NCBI GenBank assembly: GCA_005779395.1
Contig: SXJP01000036.1
Location: 1,235-65,234, forward strand
Direction of reading: 5' to 3'
Source: Actinomycetota bacterium
Lineage (GTDB): Bacteria > Actinomycetota > Acidimicrobiia > IMCC26256 > PALSA-610
Length of the DNA: 64,000 nucleotides
This document shows positions 54,859 to 64,000 of the stretch, piece after piece; position 1 is the first letter of the stretch; the number at the start of each line of letters is the position of its first letter. Both the position numbers and the translations under genes were made by a program. A model generated the notes under the pieces. The model was given only the letters and a program-made list of their open reading frames with translations, made no database searches and was not told the DNA's origin.

Positions 54859-55971
54859 ATGGACTTCTCACTGACGGAAACGCAAGCAGAACTCGTAGGA
54901 CTAGCGCGCACAATTCTCGCTGATCATTCGGAGCTTTCGCGACTGAAAGCGTCCGAGCAAAGCGAACTCGGCTACGACGCGGACTGTTGGAAGGCTTTTG
55001 CTGATGCCAACCTGCTAGGTCTAGCGATGCCTGAGTCATGCGGTGGCCTCGGCTTCGGGTTTCTAGACCTTTGTCTCGTTCTCCGCGAGGTCGGCAAGGC
55101 CGTTGTGCCGATGCCTGTGCTGTCGTGTTTGGTAACCGCAGCCCTTCCATGCGTTCAGTTCGGCACCGACGAACAACGTGCATATCTCGGCCCTGTAATC
55201 AGTGGCGATTTTGTTGGTACAGCAGCGCTGTTGGAATACGGCACAACAGCCGAAGAGCCGTACCTGCAGGCCACGCCCGATGGCGACGGCTGGCGCCTCA
55301 CCGGCGTGAAAACTTCTGTGGCATTCGCGACGACGGCTGGCGCGATTCTTGTATCGGCCCGTGTTGCAGGAACAGACGACATTGTCATGGTCAATGTTGC
55401 GGCAGGCGCCGACGGTATGACGATGGTCCCGCAACAGGGCCAGAACTATGAACGCCTGTTTGAAGTGACATTCGTCGACACGCCCGCACTGAGCGATGGA
55501 CAGATCGGCACCCAGAAAAATGGCCGCGAGATCCTCGAATGGACGCTCGCGCGAACCATGGTCGCCCAGAGCGCAATAATTGGCGGGACGTGCGACTCGG
55601 CGATGCGCATCACAGCTCAGTACACAATCGACCGCAAACAATTCGAACGTCAGATCGGCACCTTCCAAGCAGTATCGCAACGCATGGCGGACGCATACAT
55701 CAACAACCAAGCGATCGAACTCACGATGCTTCAAGCGGCGAGTCATCTCGACGAAGGTCTTGAGGTTCCCGAAGAAGTTGCGACGGCCAAGTACTGGGCG
55801 TGCGAGGGTGGCAACCAAATCGGTCATGCAGCTCTACATATTCACGGCGGCATCAGCATCGATCTCGACTATCCAATTCATCGCCACTTCCTCTGGATCA
55901 AGCAGGCCGAGTTCAGCTTCGGTGCAGCGACTCCGACGCTCGTTCGCCTCGGAGCACTCATCGCTCGCTGA
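54859..55971 (+). CDS. Acyl-CoA dehydrogenase-family protein (second of an adjacent pair)
   Basis: 370 aa. ACAD-like HIHGGISIDLDYPIHRHF. The canonical YEGT catalytic region is replaced by FSFGAATP. Confidence 0.85.
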   Translation: MDFSLTETQAELVGLARTILADHSELSRLKASEQSELGYDADCWKAFADANLLGLAMPESCGGLGFGFLDLCLVLREVGKAVVPMPVLSCLVTAALPCVQFGTDEQRAYLGPVISGDFVGTAALLEYGTTAEEPYLQATPDGDGWRLTGVKTSVAFATTAGAILVSARVAGTDDIVMVNVAAGADGMTMVPQQGQNYERLFEVTFVDTPALSDGQIGTQKNGREILEWTLARTMVAQSAIIGGTCDSAMRITAQYTIDRKQFERQIGTFQAVSQRMADAYINNQAIELTMLQAASHLDEGLEVPEEVATAKYWACEGGNQIGHAALHIHGGISIDLDYPIHRHFLWIKQAEFSFGAATPTLVRLGALIAR

Positions 55972-56014
55972 GTATCCACCACTTTTGGGTTGAGTTGTCG
56001 CACAATGGTGAACA

Positions 56015-56227
56015 ATGCGTTCACGCGGACAGTTCGGGGCCACAATCCATCGCCATCGTTTTGCTGTCGAGATATGTGATGACGAATTTTGCACCACCGA
56101 CGTTTATGGATTCGAAGACCTTCCGATGCCCGTCAGGGAAATCGTAGAAACCGAAAATCGTTTGGGCGAGTTCATGTGGCGCGGACCAGACGGATGCAAC
56201 TGGCGAGTGCGCGCAGCGTTCGTCTAA
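56015..56227 (+). CDS. Possible small protein (70 aa), unassigned
   Basis: The only non-overlapping ORF in the 264-bp gap between convergent genes. It has a weak RBS and no recognisable family. Confidence 0.25.
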   Translation: MRSRGQFGATIHRHRFAVEICDDEFCTTDVYGFEDLPMPVREIVETENRLGEFMWRGPDGCNWRVRAAFV

Positions 56228-56235
56228 GAAGGTCT

Positions 56236-57048
56236 TTAGCTCTCGACTGCAGTTACGAAGTCGATCAGTTTTTCGACGGCGCCCACGACCTCGACCTCGA
56301 GGTCAGCGAAGCCCGAGACTTTCGAGAGCAGGTCGCGCCAGAACGCCTTCGGGTCCGCGACACCGAGCGATGCGCACACTCCGAGTTTCCAGTCCGTGCC
56401 GATCGGCACCGACGGCCATTCGTCGATCCCGAGACGCTTCGGGCGAACAGCGGCCCATACATCGACGTAGGGCGTCCCTGTGACGATTACATGCTCGTTA
56501 GCGACCTGCGCTGCAATTCGAGTTTCCTTGCTGTTCGGAACCAAGTGGTCTGCGAGGACTCCGAGCCTTCGGGTCTTGTTCGGACGGAACTCGTGTACGT
56601 AGGCGACGAGGTTGTCGAGACCGCCGATCGGCTCGACCACTATGGCCTCTGAGCGGAGGTCGTCACCCCAGACCTTCTCGATTAGCTCCGCGTCATGTAT
56701 TCCTTCTACGACGATGCGTGCAGCCCGCGCGACTTGGGCCTTTGACGTCGGCGCTGCGCGTGAACCGCTAGCGGTACGCGCAGGTGGCCCAGCAGATGCG
56801 ACTTTGGGCCTGATGAGGTTGCACGCCACCCCGGCGACTTCGAAGTTGCCTGCGCTGAGGGGAAAGACTCGCACTAGGCCGGTATCGCCTTTGATCTCTG
56901 CTTCGGTGCTGTTAATTCGCAAAAGGGTTCCGCGAAACTTAGAGGCCCTATGAATAACGCTTAAGCCGATCGTGGCTTCTACGTTCGGGAAGGTCGCTGC
57001 CGCTCGAGCGGGTCCATCGACGGGTCCGCCGAGGATGCCATTCGCCAC
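56236..57048 (-). CDS. DUF3097-family actinobacterial protein (TOPRIM-like central region)
   Basis: 270 aa. RIVVEGIHDAELIEKVWGDDLR...LGVLADHLVPNSKETRIAA...TPYVDVWAAVRP matches my memory of the conserved DUF3097 pattern. Confidence 0.7.
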   Translation of the reverse strand: MANGILGGPVDGPARAAATFPNVEATIGLSVIHRASKFRGTLLRINSTEAEIKGDTGLVRVFPLSAGNFEVAGVACNLIRPKVASAGPPARTASGSRAAPTSKAQVARAARIVVEGIHDAELIEKVWGDDLRSEAIVVEPIGGLDNLVAYVHEFRPNKTRRLGVLADHLVPNSKETRIAAQVANEHVIVTGTPYVDVWAAVRPKRLGIDEWPSVPIGTDWKLGVCASLGVADPKAFWRDLLSKVSGFADLEVEVVGAVEKLIDFVTAVES

Positions 57049-57051
57049 AGA

Positions 57052-57810
57052 TCAATGGCCGGCGATGTCGAGAAGTCTCTCGAGCGGCGAAAGGTCGAAT
57101 GGTGAGCCGATCATCATGATGATGTGTTGTGCGCCTGCCTCTAGGTACGCAGCGACATCGCCGATTTCGTCTGGCTGTATTGCGACGGTTCGTTCGATCG
57201 CCTTGGGGTCGCGGCCAATTTTTGCGCACCATTCGTCGAGCACAGCATTTTTCTTCGCGTAGCTCTGTGGCGGACCGAATGCGTTCCAGGCATCTGCGTG
57301 TTCCGCGACGATTCTGAGCGTGACCTTCTCACCACTTCCGCCCACCAATATTGGAACATCGCTCGGCGTTGGATTAAGTACAGAGAACCGCTCTTTGATT
57401 GCAGGTAGCGATTGATTGAGGTCGCGTAGGCGGCTACCTGCGGTGCCGAATTCGTATCCGTATTCGGTGTAGTCGCGTTCGAACCAACCGGACCCGATTC
57501 CGAGGACGAAGCGACCATCACTTAGGTGGTCGAGGCTCCTAGCCATGTCGGCGAGCAAATGTGGGTTGCGATACGAATTGCAAGTAACAAGCGCACCGAA
57601 CTTTGCGTGGTTTGTATCGACCGCCATCGCACCGAGCAACGAGTAGCACTCGAAGTGTGCGGCGTCGGGATTGCCATAAAGCGGGAAGAAATGGTCCCAC
57701 AGCCAGATCGAGTCAACTCCGAGTTGGTCGGCGCGTTGCCACGCAGACCGCAGCTCTGCGACCGTGCAGCGTTGAGGGTGGAGTTGCACTCCGACACGAA
57801 ATTCGCTCAT
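57052..57810 (-). CDS. Luciferase-like monooxygenase family, F420-dependent oxidoreductase type
   Basis: 252 aa. GVDSIWLWDHFFP...LVTCNSYRNPHLLA...RFVLGIGSGW pattern. Confidence 0.8.
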   Translation of the reverse strand: MSEFRVGVQLHPQRCTVAELRSAWQRADQLGVDSIWLWDHFFPLYGNPDAAHFECYSLLGAMAVDTNHAKFGALVTCNSYRNPHLLADMARSLDHLSDGRFVLGIGSGWFERDYTEYGYEFGTAGSRLRDLNQSLPAIKERFSVLNPTPSDVPILVGGSGEKVTLRIVAEHADAWNAFGPPQSYAKKNAVLDEWCAKIGRDPKAIERTVAIQPDEIGDVAAYLEAGAQHIIMMIGSPFDLSPLERLLDIAGH

Positions 57811-57838
57811 CTCGACAAGTTAGCAATGTCGCTATTTG

Positions 57839-58978
57839 TTAATGCTCGAGCGCAATTTTTCTGCCGCCACCCGCGAGCCTTAGTACTGCTTGGCCATGCA
57901 TGAGGGCTTTGATCGGTTCACCAACCATCTCGTTGCGCCAACCCGCCGCCAACCTACCACCACCTGAATTGATGAGCGTTACGAGATCGCTACGGGTAGC
58001 GAGAAGCTGGGATTCGATATCGAGTTCGTGGGCACGCTGGTTGAGCCACGCAGAAATTACTGACACGGCAGGACCGAGAGTGCGGTCTGTGTCTTCGCTT
58101 TCAGGGAGACGAAGTTCATCGCCTTCAAGTTCGAGGCCTCGACGTACCGCCGCCAGAATCTCTTCCAACATCGCATCGCGTGAGTGTCTGGCGTCTATTC
58201 CACGGATTGCTTCTAGGTCTTCCTTGGCGTGTGGTGGTTTCTGGATGATTCCCATGAGCGCTAGGTCTGGGAGCACGAATCGCGGCGGGATGTCGGATGC
58301 TTCGGCACATCGTTCGCGCCACGCGCAAACCTCCTGTGCCACGCCGCGGGTCTTCCCGCGGAACTGACGGCTGCCCTTGATCCGCCACCATGCCTGTGAG
58401 ACGTCGGACTTGCCTCGCTGACGGAGTCTTCTGGCTTCGCACTCGTCGATTGCCCACTCGAGCCGACCGCGATTTTCGAGTTCTGCGGAAATCAAGTCTG
58501 TGATTCCGAGGAGGTGCTCGACATCGGCTGCTGCATAGTCGCGTTGCGGTCCGCTCAGCGGTCGCTTCGTCCAGTCGGTAAGGCGATCGCCTTTAGCGAT
58601 AGTCACCTTCAGCAGCTTTTCAGTTGTTGCGAGGAGGGATGGCGTTCCGAGTCCCATGAAACCTGCTGCGATCTGCGTGTCGAACAGTTTTGTGGGCAGT
58701 GTTCCACACATGCGATTCAGGATCTCTAGGTCTTGGTCACACGCATGGGCTACGAGCGTGCCGGGGCCTCGCAAGAGTCGCGCTAGCTGCTTTACTTCGA
58801 CTGCGAATGGGTCGATCAGCGCCAAGCCATTCGGCCAGCCGATCTGAATTAGCGCGAGCCGAGGGTGGTAGGTGCGTTCGCCATGGAACTCTGTGTCGAG
58901 CGCATACCTTGGCTCTGCCACAACCTCATCGATTAGCGCGCTAAGCGCCTCGTCGTTGTTGATCCAGGAATGCGACAT
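57839..58978 (-). CDS. rnd: Ribonuclease D (DEDD 3'-5' exonuclease with HRDC)
   Basis: 379 aa. YALDTEF, HACDQDLEIL and YAAADVEHLL exonuclease motifs. A C-terminal HRDC-like region is present. Confidence 0.85.
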   Translation of the reverse strand: MSHSWINNDEALSALIDEVVAEPRYALDTEFHGERTYHPRLALIQIGWPNGLALIDPFAVEVKQLARLLRGPGTLVAHACDQDLEILNRMCGTLPTKLFDTQIAAGFMGLGTPSLLATTEKLLKVTIAKGDRLTDWTKRPLSGPQRDYAAADVEHLLGITDLISAELENRGRLEWAIDECEARRLRQRGKSDVSQAWWRIKGSRQFRGKTRGVAQEVCAWRERCAEASDIPPRFVLPDLALMGIIQKPPHAKEDLEAIRGIDARHSRDAMLEEILAAVRRGLELEGDELRLPESEDTDRTLGPAVSVISAWLNQRAHELDIESQLLATRSDLVTLINSGGGRLAAGWRNEMVGEPIKALMHGQAVLRLAGGGRKIALEH

Positions 58979-58990
58979 CGCGACAGTCTG

Positions 58991-59902
58991 CTACAGACCC
59001 GAGACGGACCTTCGAACATCGGCGAGGCGTGCGAAGCTCGCGAGGACGGCGCTGTGTTCATTCGCGAGGTGCCTAATGATGATGTCGGTGAAGCCAACGG
59101 CGCCTAGCTCAGCAAAATTATCCGCCACGGAATTTGAGTCGCCGATGACGAGTGCTGCTGTATCAAAACCCCGGTAACCGGCATCGATAATGGGCTGAGC
59201 GACTCTGGTTACTTCCTCTGGTGGCCCGCAATGGATGTCGCGGCGAATTGCTACGCGTGCTGGTTCTTTCCCGTGTGCGGCGCATCGCGAGCGGTACACG
59301 TCTAGCAAAACCTTTGCTTGTGCCAGCGTTGCCTCAGGGCCAACCAAGAAGACATCGCCGAGGCGTGCAGCTCGGTCGATCGCGCGTTCTGCGCTGCCAC
59401 CGATCCAGATATCTATTCCGTTGTCGCAGATCGGAGCGACTCGCGCAGCATCGATTTCAAATGGAACTGCTGTCGACACGGATTCGCCGTTCAGAAGTCG
59501 CCGGATCACATCGAGTGACGACTCAAAACTAGAAGCACGCTCTCTCAGCTGGGCACCCATCGCTTTGAATTGCGGTTCGTAGCCGCCGACGGCGCATTGC
59601 AACACAAACGGTCCGTCGTGGATTGCTGCGAGGGTACCAATTTGTTCTGCCGCAAGCACAGGATTCCAGAGTGGCAACAACATCAGGATTCCGGCGGTCC
59701 GACCATGCCACTCGGCGAGCAGACGGCCCATGATCGCAACATTCTGCATGTACGGAAACGGTCCTGTGCTGTGGTGATCACCGACGAACAAGGAGTCGAG
59801 CCCTGCGTCGAACGCAGCTTTGGCCCGTTCGACCATCCATTGCGCAGCGTTGGGTGCCTCTGCGGGCGCATAACCACTGCGTAAAGAGACTCCGACGCGC
59901 AT
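58991..59902 (-). CDS. Luciferase-like monooxygenase family flavin/F420-dependent oxidoreductase
   Basis: 303 aa. GLDSLFVGDHH...LLPLWNPVLAAEQ pattern. Confidence 0.8.
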   Translation of the reverse strand: MRVGVSLRSGYAPAEAPNAAQWMVERAKAAFDAGLDSLFVGDHHSTGPFPYMQNVAIMGRLLAEWHGRTAGILMLLPLWNPVLAAEQIGTLAAIHDGPFVLQCAVGGYEPQFKAMGAQLRERASSFESSLDVIRRLLNGESVSTAVPFEIDAARVAPICDNGIDIWIGGSAERAIDRAARLGDVFLVGPEATLAQAKVLLDVYRSRCAAHGKEPARVAIRRDIHCGPPEEVTRVAQPIIDAGYRGFDTAALVIGDSNSVADNFAELGAVGFTDIIIRHLANEHSAVLASFARLADVRRSVSGL

Positions 59903-59931
59903 TGGCCAAGTACATCACACGCCGGTTAGCC

Positions 59932-60738
59932 CTATCCCAGTTTGGTGATCCATTCGAACGGCGAGCCGTCAAGCCACTCTGACAGGCGTGCGGTCAGCGC
60001 GACGAGATTGTCTGTCATCAATAGAACGCCGAACCCACCGAGCACGAGCGATGACGAGGCAACGACACCAGCGAAGTGGCGCTTCACGAAACCAATCGCA
60101 GTCCCTAATCGACCGATCGCTAGCCCGGTCGCAAGGAAGGGAAGGCCAAGGCCGAGGGAGTAGGTCATCATCAAAGTTGCGCCAGCGACCGAACGCCCTT
60201 CGCTCGCGGCGATAGTGAGCACCGAAGTAAGCGTCGGGCCGATACAAGGGCTCCAGCCGAACCCGAACGCCGCGCCCATAACGAACGGCGCAAACTTTCC
60301 GAAACGACCGAACTGTGGATGGAAACGCAATTCTCGATATAGCCACGGCGCTTTGACGCTGATCGATCCGAGCATGAACAACGCCATCGCGACCATGACA
60401 CCACCCGAGAGGCGGGTGAGTGCAACCTGATGCTCGAACAGAAGTCGACCGATCGCGGAGGCTGAGATACCCAAAAGCGTGAATACAGTTCCGAAACCCG
60501 CGATGAATGAAGCGGTGGTGGCCACGATGTGACCCCACTTGCGTCGGTCGGAGTGCTCTAGTGCCGCGAGATCGAGTCCGCTCACCATCGCGACATAGCC
60601 AGGGGCGAGTGGTAATACGCAAGGAGACAGAAAAGAAATCATGCCTCCTGCGAATGCGATCAGGTACGACACGATGGACACGTCACTGAACTCAAGCGCA
60701 GCTCCAATGGTCGTCTCCACGTTCCCATTTTGTGTCAT
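59932..60738 (-). CDS. ccdA: Cytochrome c biogenesis / thiol-disulfide electron transporter CcdA (DsbD-beta family)
   Basis: ATG 60738. FLSPCVLPLAPGY and WSPCIGP cysteine motifs. Six TM segments. Confidence 0.85.
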   Translation of the reverse strand: MTQNGNVETTIGAALEFSDVSIVSYLIAFAGGMISFLSPCVLPLAPGYVAMVSGLDLAALEHSDRRKWGHIVATTASFIAGFGTVFTLLGISASAIGRLLFEHQVALTRLSGGVMVAMALFMLGSISVKAPWLYRELRFHPQFGRFGKFAPFVMGAAFGFGWSPCIGPTLTSVLTIAASEGRSVAGATLMMTYSLGLGLPFLATGLAIGRLGTAIGFVKRHFAGVVASSSLVLGGFGVLLMTDNLVALTARLSEWLDGSPFEWITKLG

Positions 60739-60789
60739 GAGCACGGGCAGCGGAGCATCGCGGCGATTGTCGGTGTAAAACAAACACTT

Positions 60790-61380
60790 ATGGATAAGCC
60801 ATCGCGCTGGGAAAATTCAAATGTCGCGCGTGGTGCTGATTATGACGCGCGGTGGCGAGAACTAGCGGCGACAGGCGTACAGATACATGGTGAGGCAGAC
60901 CTAGTCGAGAATCTCGTCGCTGAGTTCAAGGTACCGAAGACCGTATTGGATGCCGGCTGTGGTACGGGCAGGGTGGCTATCGAATTGGCGCGGCGTGGCT
61001 TTGACCTTGTTGGAATCGATCGGGATGCGCCGATGCTCGATGCGGCGCGGACCAAGGCTCGAGAACTCGAATGGATACAGGCAGACCTCTCGACGTTCAC
61101 AAGCGACAAGAAATTCGGCGCTGCGGTATTGGCGGGCAATGTGATGATTTTCCTTGCCGCAGGCACAGAAGCTACAGCCGTCGAAAACATCGTCGGGCTG
61201 TTACATGTTGGCGGGCTATTCATTGCCGGATTCCAACTTTCCGTCGACCGTCTTCCGCTAGATCGATACGACGAACTGTGCGCTGATGCAGGACTAGTAC
61301 TCGAGGCTCGATTTGCGACATGGGACCGCGAGGCATTCAGTGACGGCGACTACGCAGTCAGCGTGCACCGTCGCGCGTAG
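60790..61380 (+). CDS. Class I SAM-dependent methyltransferase
   Basis: ATG 60790. VLDAGCGTGRVAIELARRG motif I. Confidence 0.8.
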   Translation: MDKPSRWENSNVARGADYDARWRELAATGVQIHGEADLVENLVAEFKVPKTVLDAGCGTGRVAIELARRGFDLVGIDRDAPMLDAARTKARELEWIQADLSTFTSDKKFGAAVLAGNVMIFLAAGTEATAVENIVGLLHVGGLFIAGFQLSVDRLPLDRYDELCADAGLVLEARFATWDREAFSDGDYAVSVHRRA

Positions 61381-61395
61381 TGCGCGGCTCTAGCT

Positions 61396-62175
61396 TCAGG
61401 CCGCTTGGAGACAGACTCGTACGGGCAGATGGTCGGAACCGACGGGATTACACACCCGCGCGTCGGTCACCCGCAAGCCGTGTGACACGAGTATGTGATC
61501 GATCTGGCTGTGCGGTCGTGAATGTGGCCAAGTCCGGCCGCGCACAGGTCGTTGCCAACCTGGAACGAAGCGATCGACTACTGGGCCCCACATGTTGAGA
61601 TCGCCGACAAGGACCGCTTCGCTTGTCAGCGCTCGACCATGTTTCGCGAGCGTTCGCAGGTGGTTGATCGAACCCCACAGGCGGTAAGTCAGATGTGATG
61701 ACACCACTGCGAGGTCTTGATCCCATGGAGTCTTGACTGTTGCTACGAGCGACCGTCTGTGGCCAGCGTCAAACAAGATCGGGGCAAAGTCGACAGCGGT
61801 CGTGTCAAGGATCGGGAGCCGCGACAAGATCGAAACACCCCACCAACTGCCATGCAGACCTTCTGTGTTGCGCACGAGTGGTGGCGATGTCTTGTTGTGT
61901 TTTCGTGGCAGTTGCAGATCTGCGACTGCATAACCCAGTTCGGCGGCTGCGAGTTCATGTGCGGCTTCGCCATGTTTCGGCCGCCATACCTCCTGGAGCC
62001 CGACGACGTCGGCGTCTAGGGCACGAATCGCGGCCACCACATCGAATGGCTGCTCAGACTTTGGAGCAATTCCGTACCTGAGGTTTAAGGAAGCGATTGA
62101 GATTGATGTCATGGGACGAGGATCTTCGCACGGTTCGCGCGTTGCCTGAGCGAAACGCGGGCGGGTTGGTGTCAT
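61396..62175 (-). CDS. Endonuclease/exonuclease/phosphatase (EEP) family protein
   Basis: SLNLRYG, GLQEV, GDLNMW and GSDHLPV motifs. An alternative start is ATG 62112. Confidence 0.75.
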   Translation of the reverse strand: MTPTRPRFAQATREPCEDPRPMTSISIASLNLRYGIAPKSEQPFDVVAAIRALDADVVGLQEVWRPKHGEAAHELAAAELGYAVADLQLPRKHNKTSPPLVRNTEGLHGSWWGVSILSRLPILDTTAVDFAPILFDAGHRRSLVATVKTPWDQDLAVVSSHLTYRLWGSINHLRTLAKHGRALTSEAVLVGDLNMWGPVVDRFVPGWQRPVRGRTWPHSRPHSQIDHILVSHGLRVTDARVCNPVGSDHLPVRVCLQAA

Positions 62176-62248
62176 GTCTGACGCTCTTATCGGCTCCTGT
62201 TCGTCGTGCCGGTAGCCTTATCGAAATTCACTCGACAGAATCGAACCC

Positions 62249-63418
62249 GTGAGCAACACTTTCGAGGCGCTTGGCGTCTCCCCTGAACTCGTGGCCGCGT
62301 TGGCCAAACTGGGCATAACCGAACCATTTGCGATTCAGTTGCTCACGATCCGCGACGGTCTCGCTGGTCGTGATGTGCTGGGCAAGGCCAAGACAGGTTC
62401 AGGCAAGACACTTGCGTTCGGAATCCCGATGCTCGATCGTGTCGGACACGCCGCGCCGCGCCATCCAACAGGGCTGATTCTCGTGCCTACTCGTGAGCTC
62501 GCCGTGCAAGTCGCAGAAGCGCTCGACCCGCTCAGCAAAGCTCGCGACATGGAAGTTGGCGCTGTTTACGGCGGTGCCTCGATGGTGAAGCAGATTGAGA
62601 TGCTCGAAGGCGGTTGCGACATTGTCGTTGGCACACCTGGACGGCTGATCGACCTGCTCGAACGCGGTGAGCTATTCGTAGATTCTGTCGAAGCGTTAGT
62701 GCTCGACGAAGCCGACCGAATGGCAGACATGGGGTTCCTGCCGCAGGTACAAAAGATCTTGTATCGAATTCCTACCGAACCGCAGACGATGTTGTTTTCA
62801 GCGACGCTCGACGGTGGCGTTAACGCGATCGTGAAGCGATACATGAAAGACCCTGTGCATCACGAGGTCGAGGGTGGAGACGTCACGGTCGAGCAGATGC
62901 ACCATCGATTCCTGCAGGTCCACGACATGGACAAGGTGAAGGTTGCAGCGGCGATTGCTCATGGTCATGGCCGGACGTTGTTGTTTACCCAGACCAAACG
63001 CGCTGCCGACGATCTCGAGCGTGCTTTGCGGCGCGAAGGCGTAAGTGTTGCCGCGATCCACGGAGACTTGCGTCAAACATCGAGAGAAAAAGCACTCGCT
63101 GACTTTTCTACAGGCAACATCGAAGCACTAGTAGCTACCGATGTTGCGGCGCGCGGACTCCACATCGATGGGGTCGACGTTGTCGTTCACTATGACCCAG
63201 CCGAAGATCACAAGAGCTATCTGCACCGCAGTGGCCGAACAGCGCGAGCCGGAGAGAGTGGCGTTGCTGTAACCCTGATGCTTTGGAATCAAGAAAACTC
63301 AGTGCGTTTTCTGATGCGTCGGCTTCAACTCGACGACCCGATTGTCGAGGTCTTCTCGAACAATCCAGTGCTAAGCGATCTTGCAGGATGGAATCCAGCT
63401 GGGGCCAAAGCCGTTTAG
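62249..63418 (+). CDS. DEAD-box ATP-dependent RNA helicase (no C-terminal tail)
   Basis: 389 aa, GTG start. AKTGSGKTLAF, DEAD, SAT, HRSGRTARAG. Confidence 0.9.
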   Translation: MSNTFEALGVSPELVAALAKLGITEPFAIQLLTIRDGLAGRDVLGKAKTGSGKTLAFGIPMLDRVGHAAPRHPTGLILVPTRELAVQVAEALDPLSKARDMEVGAVYGGASMVKQIEMLEGGCDIVVGTPGRLIDLLERGELFVDSVEALVLDEADRMADMGFLPQVQKILYRIPTEPQTMLFSATLDGGVNAIVKRYMKDPVHHEVEGGDVTVEQMHHRFLQVHDMDKVKVAAAIAHGHGRTLLFTQTKRAADDLERALRREGVSVAAIHGDLRQTSREKALADFSTGNIEALVATDVAARGLHIDGVDVVVHYDPAEDHKSYLHRSGRTARAGESGVAVTLMLWNQENSVRFLMRRLQLDDPIVEVFSNNPVLSDLAGWNPAGAKAV

Positions 63419-63449
63419 AAAAACAGCGACATAATCGACAGCTTCACGG

Positions 63450-64000
63450 TTAGTGAGACCGACCTGGCGGCTCGTCGTCCCAACCTTTCCATTCTTCCCA
63501 ATCGTCCTCGAGACTCGCTTCGGCACGCTGAACACGGATGTGGGTCTGGGCACCATTCGGTCTAACAGGCACGCCACGTGCCCTTTGGTCGACAACGTTG
63601 AGCGACCCCCTTCGGATCATGGCAGCGCGTTCGCGTCGTAACCTTGCTCGGCGCAGTTTGCGTCGCCTGATTTGTTCACGACGACCGAACACGCCAACAG
63701 CGCCAGCCCCGATCACGAGCAGGATCACCGTGGTTGCTGAGCCGCCACCGCCTTCTCGGTCTGGGCCTGCGGGTTCAGCGCCGACGGTCGATACCGAACC
63801 GACCGCCGCGGTTGTATTGGTAGTAGCGAACGATGTGAGATTGCTGGGAGCGTTGGTCGGTTGCGTGATTTTTCCAATCGACACACCTGTGACTAGCGCG
63901 ACGAACTCGTCGCGATCGCGTTCGCGCTGGGCTTGCAGACTGACCTTCGGTGTGGGCAGTTTTTCGCCTGTCCCGACGCCGACAGTCGGGGTGTCGAATC
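63450..64000 (-). CDS. C-terminal part of a membrane-anchored protein; gene continues beyond the window end
   Basis: I checked that the frame of the 63450..63884 ORF stays open to position 64000 (...FDTPTVGVGTGEKLPTPKVSLQAQRERDRDEFVALVTGV-SIGK...). It has a TM helix TTVILLVIGAGAVGVF, an Arg-rich stretch, then an acidic Trp-rich end. Confidence 0.5.
   Translation of the reverse strand, partial: FDTPTVGVGTGEKLPTPKVSLQAQRERDRDEFVALVTGVSIGKITQPTNAPSNLTSFATTNTTAAVGSVSTVGAEPAGPDREGGGGSATTVILLVIGAGAVGVFGRREQIRRRKLRRARLRRERAAMIRRGSLNVVDQRARGVPVRPNGAQTHIRVQRAEASLEDDWEEWKGWDDEPPGRSH

Noticed and set aside
1-64000. Mobile elements, prophage, defence systems, toxin-antitoxin pairs and biosynthetic clusters
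   Set aside because: No integrase, transposase, recombinase, restriction, Cas, reverse transcriptase, phage structural or NRPS/PKS signatures were recognised in any frame. No flanking long inverted or direct repeats were noticed either.

Overview
64-kb chromosomal window that looks like Actinomycetota, with moderately high GC. Supporting signs are F420/LLM-type oxidoreductases, a DUF3097 protein, CcdA, many GTG/TTG starts and tight operons with 4-bp ATGA/GTGA overlaps. I call about 60 CDS. I found no rRNA, tRNA, CRISPR array, transposase, integrase or recognisable defence/toxin genes. All family calls come from motif recognition in the supplied translations, since no database search was possible.

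Most of the window is acyl-CoA/lipid catabolism, possibly of sterol or branched side chains:
- an acyl-CoA ligase with two crotonases
- a family III CoA transferase
- an HMGCS-like/DUF35 fusion next to an SCP-x-type thiolase
- five acyl-CoA dehydrogenases, including one adjacent pair preceded by a KstR-type palindrome
- a cytochrome P450, two 3Fe-4S ferredoxins, thioesterase II, esterases and SDRs
- a fused E1 alpha/beta 2-oxoacid dehydrogenase next to a lipoyl-less E2-like core with substituted catalytic residues

Other content:
- a heterodimeric ABC exporter and a Liv-type ABC importer
- stand-alone gcvP
- two DEAD-box helicases, RNase D and ccdA
- signalling proteins (HDOD protein, LuxR-type response regulator, OmpR/HK pair)

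The most unusual locus is 24.5-31.0 kb. It holds:
- an ApbE flavin transferase translationally coupled to an anchored protein with a (HEDED)n tail
- a divergent operon with a Pro-rich anchored protein, an MsrQ-like di-haem membrane protein and a membrane-anchored FGE/SUMF1-like ectodomain
- a two-component system
- a second exported protein with a (DEH)3(PPE)7 tail

No canonical FMN-binding client domain for ApbE is encoded there. I propose it as a candidate, not obviously described, extracytoplasmic redox/metal module.
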